A stretch of 64,000 bases of DNA from Microcoleus sp. Its GTDB lineage: Bacteria > Cyanobacteriota > Cyanobacteriia > Cyanobacteriales > Microcoleaceae. Under the pieces are notes generated by a model. The model was not told the DNA's origin. It saw nothing but the letters and a program-made list of their open reading frames with translations, and did no database searches. Both the position numbers and the translations under genes were made by a program. The stretch spans positions 384,001-448,000 of the forward strand of contig CP181291.1 of NCBI GenBank assembly GCA_052279835.1, written 5' to 3'. Positions 61,601-64,000 of the stretch are shown piece after piece; the first letter of the stretch is position 1; the number at the start of each line of letters is the position of its first letter.

Positions 61601-61733
61601 TTCCACTCTCTTGACTTTGGTGGTGATTCCGGTGATTTTTACCTATATGGATGGTTTCCAAATCTGGATTTTTAATCGGGTGCGGGGTAACAAGGAAAAA
61701 GGCAAGAAAGTGCGATCGTCTATTCGTTTGTAG
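58614..61733 (+). CDS. RND efflux permease (AcrB/AcrD/AcrF family)
   Basis: GVLVDDAIVEIENI, GIVTKNSILLVD, RLRPILMTT; start ATG 58614 (MSFNISAWSI). Confidence 0.95.
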   Translation: MSFNISAWSIKQPVPTIVLFLILTIGGLLSFPVLGIDDSPNIDVPSVSISVSQPGADPAELESQVTKKVEDAVAGLGNIDHIISTVNDGASNTTVNFLLGTNSDRATNDVRNAIAQIRQSLPQDINDPVVKRVEFAGSSIMSYAVVSQRQSVEQLSDLIDQNISRVLLSVKGVAQVQRIGGRDRDIRVDLNPEQLKSLGITATQVNDQIRNFNINLPGGRTEIGNSEQTIRTLGSAKTLDELKTYKITLPKGDFVPLTSLGEVTEGYAEARQAARLNGKPVVAFSILRSTGSTLVTVEEAVRETVKKLEKTLPPDVKLELIYTLADHIRDSYEASVDALVLGAGLAIVTILIFLRDWRATLIAAVALPLSAIPTFAVLRLLGYTLNGMTLLALALVVGVLVDDAIVEIENIERHVGMGKTPYQAALDASDEIGLAVVATTMTIVAVFAPVAFMPGIPGQFFRPFGVTVSASVLFSLLVARTVTPMMAAYLFKDKAHHQQQLKKDQLSYQYRRLLIWSLKHRAIVLILGLALFFGSVQLIPYIPTGFIDRDDTGLSTVSIELPPGSTLQQTDVAVEQATKLLLTHPAVESVLETEGSPTVSGGAGGGTARASGVNTGTLYVKLKPANKRIKQQQFEEEMRPKLTDVPGVRLSFSQGRVGGRKQMSIVLKSENAPALTKTALDLTQQMSQVTGLIEVQSTASLVKPEILVKPDPNLAADQGVSVQQIARTASLATIGDIDSNLAKFDLPDRQIPIHVMLAPQFRSDVETIKSLQVPGKNNTLVPLRAVADIALGSGPSQIDRYDRARQVSVEGNLLPGTTLGEALAAVKKLPAMNPLPPGVEQESSGDAKVMQDIFSGFAGALGTAVLFIYAVLVLLFANFLHPITIMAALPLSIGGALLGLLVGQKSLGLYALIGIVLLMGIVTKNSILLVDYAILNQKEGKPMYEATLESGVARLRPILMTTIAMIAGMVPIALGLGAGSQVRSPMAMAVIGGLMTSTLLTLVVIPVIFTYMDGFQIWIFNRVRGNKEKGKKVRSSIRL

Positions 61734-61841
61734 TGACGAATTCAGTCCTATTCAATGCTCTGTGTCCTCTGTGTTCTAGTAAGGTTAAATAATTCCCTAG
61801 TGCGGCGATCGGCTAAATGCTATCCTATTCACAATCCGCTC

Positions 61842-61988
61842 ATACCAATTTTTTATGAGGCTGCTCCCGAATCTGATCCCCCCTAGCCCCCCTTAATAAG
61901 GGGGGGACAAGATGCTTCTCAAAGTTCTCGTTATTAAGGGGGATGCGAGGGGGATCGAGATCTGTGCAACGACCCATTAAATTGGTAT
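61842..61988. mobile_element. MITE with ATACCAATTT/AAATTGGTAT termini and internal SDR-type hairpins
   Basis: 10-bp TIRs; CCCCCCTTAATAAGGGGGG inside. Confidence 0.65.
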
Positions 61989-62048
61989 AATTCGGTTTAT
62001 TGCCCTCGGATTCCTGCGCGACCACCATCTCAAATAAGTTGACATTTT

Positions 62049-62534
62049 ATGAGTATTATGATAGCAATTAATGCCGAGCAGATCGACAATTTAGATTTGT
62101 CTCCGGTACAGACAGTAATTGACCAGTGGCTAGCAGCAGGGGCGATCGCCCAAAACGAACAACAGCTACAATTTGAAATAGAGTACCCGCGCGAAGATTT
62201 AGATCCGCGAGAAATTTCCGAAATCCCAGAGGTTCGGCTGTGGTTTATTCGCTTAGATGCTTATTATCCTTGGCTCCCCTTTCTGCTAGATTGGAAAGTC
62301 GGAGAATTAGCCCGCTATGCCGCCATGTTGGTGCCGCATCAGTTCCACCGCACCGAAGGAATTCAGTACAATCCTGAAGCTTTGGAAATGTTTTTGATGC
62401 ACAAAATTTTTGTATTAACTGATTGGTTACATCAACAAGGAATTCCTAGCAAATCGAAGTTGATGTCGATGTCGCAAATCTTGGGCTATGACTTGGATGA
62501 TGCTTTTTTTGATGTGATTTTACCCCAGAAATAG
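62049..62534 (+). CDS. CRR6 family NdhI maturation factor (DUF1817)
   Basis: DPREISEIPEVRLWFIRLD..YPWLP, RYAAMLVPHQF, NPEALE. Confidence 0.88.
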   Translation: MSIMIAINAEQIDNLDLSPVQTVIDQWLAAGAIAQNEQQLQFEIEYPREDLDPREISEIPEVRLWFIRLDAYYPWLPFLLDWKVGELARYAAMLVPHQFHRTEGIQYNPEALEMFLMHKIFVLTDWLHQQGIPSKSKLMSMSQILGYDLDDAFFDVILPQK

Positions 62535-62544
62535 CCGATCGCAC

Positions 62545-62733
62545 ATCTAGTTTGCCCAAAATTATTTTTTCCCACCTAGAATATTAGACCAGCCACCAGA
62601 ATTAGCTCGGCACACAGATGAGTATCGGCGGTTGCTACGGGAAACCCCAAACACCAATCATTCTTTGTTCTAGTTGGAAGCCCCAACTAGAGCCAAGGTC
62701 TGTTCGGGCATTACCCTGAAATCATGTAGTGTA
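62545..62733 (-). ncRNA. ssrS: Probable 6S RNA
   Basis: Minus strand can fold into a ~190-nt rod (AUUGGUG/CGCCGAU, UAGUUGG/CCGA-CUA, AGACC/GGUCU, UGCCCGAA/UUUGGGCA) around a bubble ending ACAAAGAAUG; TAAACT -10 at 62744-62739; resembles cyanobacterial 6S as I recall it; ends approximate. Confidence 0.6.
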
Positions 62734-62902
62734 ACTATAGTTTACAATTAAGTAGTAAAGCCAAAAACACGGAAAAAAAATTTATTGATTCCGCGTCATG
62801 GAAATCCAGCCTGTTCCCCTCTTGATAAGGCGGTTGAAGCCGCCCGTGTCGCTTTTATCTCAGGTCTTTAGACACTGAGTTTCCCGCATACCGATTTTTA
62901 TT

Positions 62903-64000
62903 ATGAAAGATCTCACTCGTTATCGAAATATCGGCATCTTCGCCCACGTAGATGCAGGCAAGACCACTACAACTGAAAGAATCCTCAAGCTGACGGGTAA
63001 AATCCATAAGATTGGTGAAGTGCACGAAGGCGCGGCGACGACGGACTTCATGGAACAGGAGCAAGAGCGCGGAATTACAATTCAATCTGCTGCAACTACT
63101 TGTTTCTGGAATGAACACCAACTGAATATCATCGATACCCCTGGACACGTAGATTTCACCATTGAAGTTTACCGTTCTCTGAAGGTACTCGATGGTGGCA
63201 TTGGTGTGTTTTGTGGTTCCGGTGGAGTTGAACCTCAATCGGAAACCAACTGGCGCTATGCCAACGATTCCAAAGTCGCTCGTGTCATCTACATCAATAA
63301 GCTCGATCGCACCGGTGCAGATTTTTACCGCGTTGTCAAGCAAGTTGACAAAATTCTTGCAGCCAAGCCCATGGTCATGGTATTGCCCATCGGCATAGAA
63401 GAAAAATTCTGTGGCGTAGTCGATCTGCTGACCCGCAAAGCCTGGATCTGGGATGACTCCGGCGATCCCATGAACTATCAAATTAAAGATGTTCCCGCCG
63501 ATATGGTCGATGATGTCGAAACTTGGCGCGAACAGTTGATCGAACTGGCCGTCGAGCAAGACGACGCTCTGATGGAACAATATCTCGAAGGCAATGAGCC
63601 AAGTATTGAAGACCTCAAACGCTGCATTCGCAAAGGTACTCGCGATCGCGCCTTTTTCCCAACCTACTGCGGCTCATCCTTCAAAAACAAAGGTGTACAG
63701 TTAGTTCTCGATGCCGTCGTTGACTTTCTGCCAAACCCCATGGAAGTCACACCGCAACCAGAAGTCGATCTCGATGGGAATGAAACGGGCGAATTTGCCA
63801 TTGTCGATCCCAGCAGACCATTGCGCGCCCTAGCATTCAAGATCATGGACGATCGCTACGGTGCCCTAACCTTCACCCGCCTGTACTCAGGAACCCTGTC
63901 CAAGGGCGACACCATACTCAACACCGCCACAGGCAAAACCGAGCGCGTCAGCCGTTTGGTGGAAATGCACGCCAACTCTCGCGAAGAAATTGACTCTGCC
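62903..64000 (+). CDS. fusA: Elongation factor G (runs off the window)
   Basis: [51 protein letters not shown]. Confidence 0.96.
   Translation, partial: MKDLTRYRNIGIFAHVDAGKTTTTERILKLTGKIHKIGEVHEGAATTDFMEQEQERGITIQSAATTCFWNEHQLNIIDTPGHVDFTIEVYRSLKVLDGGIGVFCGSGGVEPQSETNWRYANDSKVARVIYINKLDRTGADFYRVVKQVDKILAAKPMVMVLPIGIEEKFCGVVDLLTRKAWIWDDSGDPMNYQIKDVPADMVDDVETWREQLIELAVEQDDALMEQYLEGNEPSIEDLKRCIRKGTRDRAFFPTYCGSSFKNKGVQLVLDAVVDFLPNPMEVTPQPEVDLDGNETGEFAIVDPSRPLRALAFKIMDDRYGALTFTRLYSGTLSKGDTILNTATGKTERVSRLVEMHANSREEIDSA

Noticed and set aside
62855..63846. Minus-strand 241-aa ORF and other short ORFs
   Set aside because: Shadows of fusA.

Overview
A 64 kb chromosomal segment of a filamentous cyanobacterium, probably Microcoleus/Oscillatoriales-like. 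This is inferred from abundant HIP1 (GCGATCGC) sites, heptamer STRR arrays and many miniature inverted-repeat elements. The core backbone is glnN (with a canonical NtcA promoter), gnd, arfB, uppS-cdaA-lysA, rimI, clpC, lepB, a PBP1A gene, tyrS (+1 frameshift), pyrF, udg, an RND efflux pair, CRR6, a probable 6S RNA and fusA. Accessory material: (1) an AT-rich, HIP1-free, coupled gene pair encoding a MORC/GHKL-type ATPase and a Rossmann-like putative methyltransferase, with no nuclease visible. I cannot match it to a characterised system and it is the best candidate for an undescribed one. (2) A complete non-autonomous IsrB/omegaRNA element inserted exactly before a host ATG, where ATGA is the predicted TAM. 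(3) A pyrF-udg hotspot with two stacked modules sharing boundary repeats, one carrying TA remnants plus a truncated kinase and the other a Bpu10I-family R-M system. (4) Tandem Rpn nucleases with different C-termini. (5) An orphan Mrr-like nuclease. (6) Several small repeats inserted into genes, including a 22-nt insertion that splits a HIP1 site and disrupts a small gene. All family calls come from reading motifs; no database searches were run.
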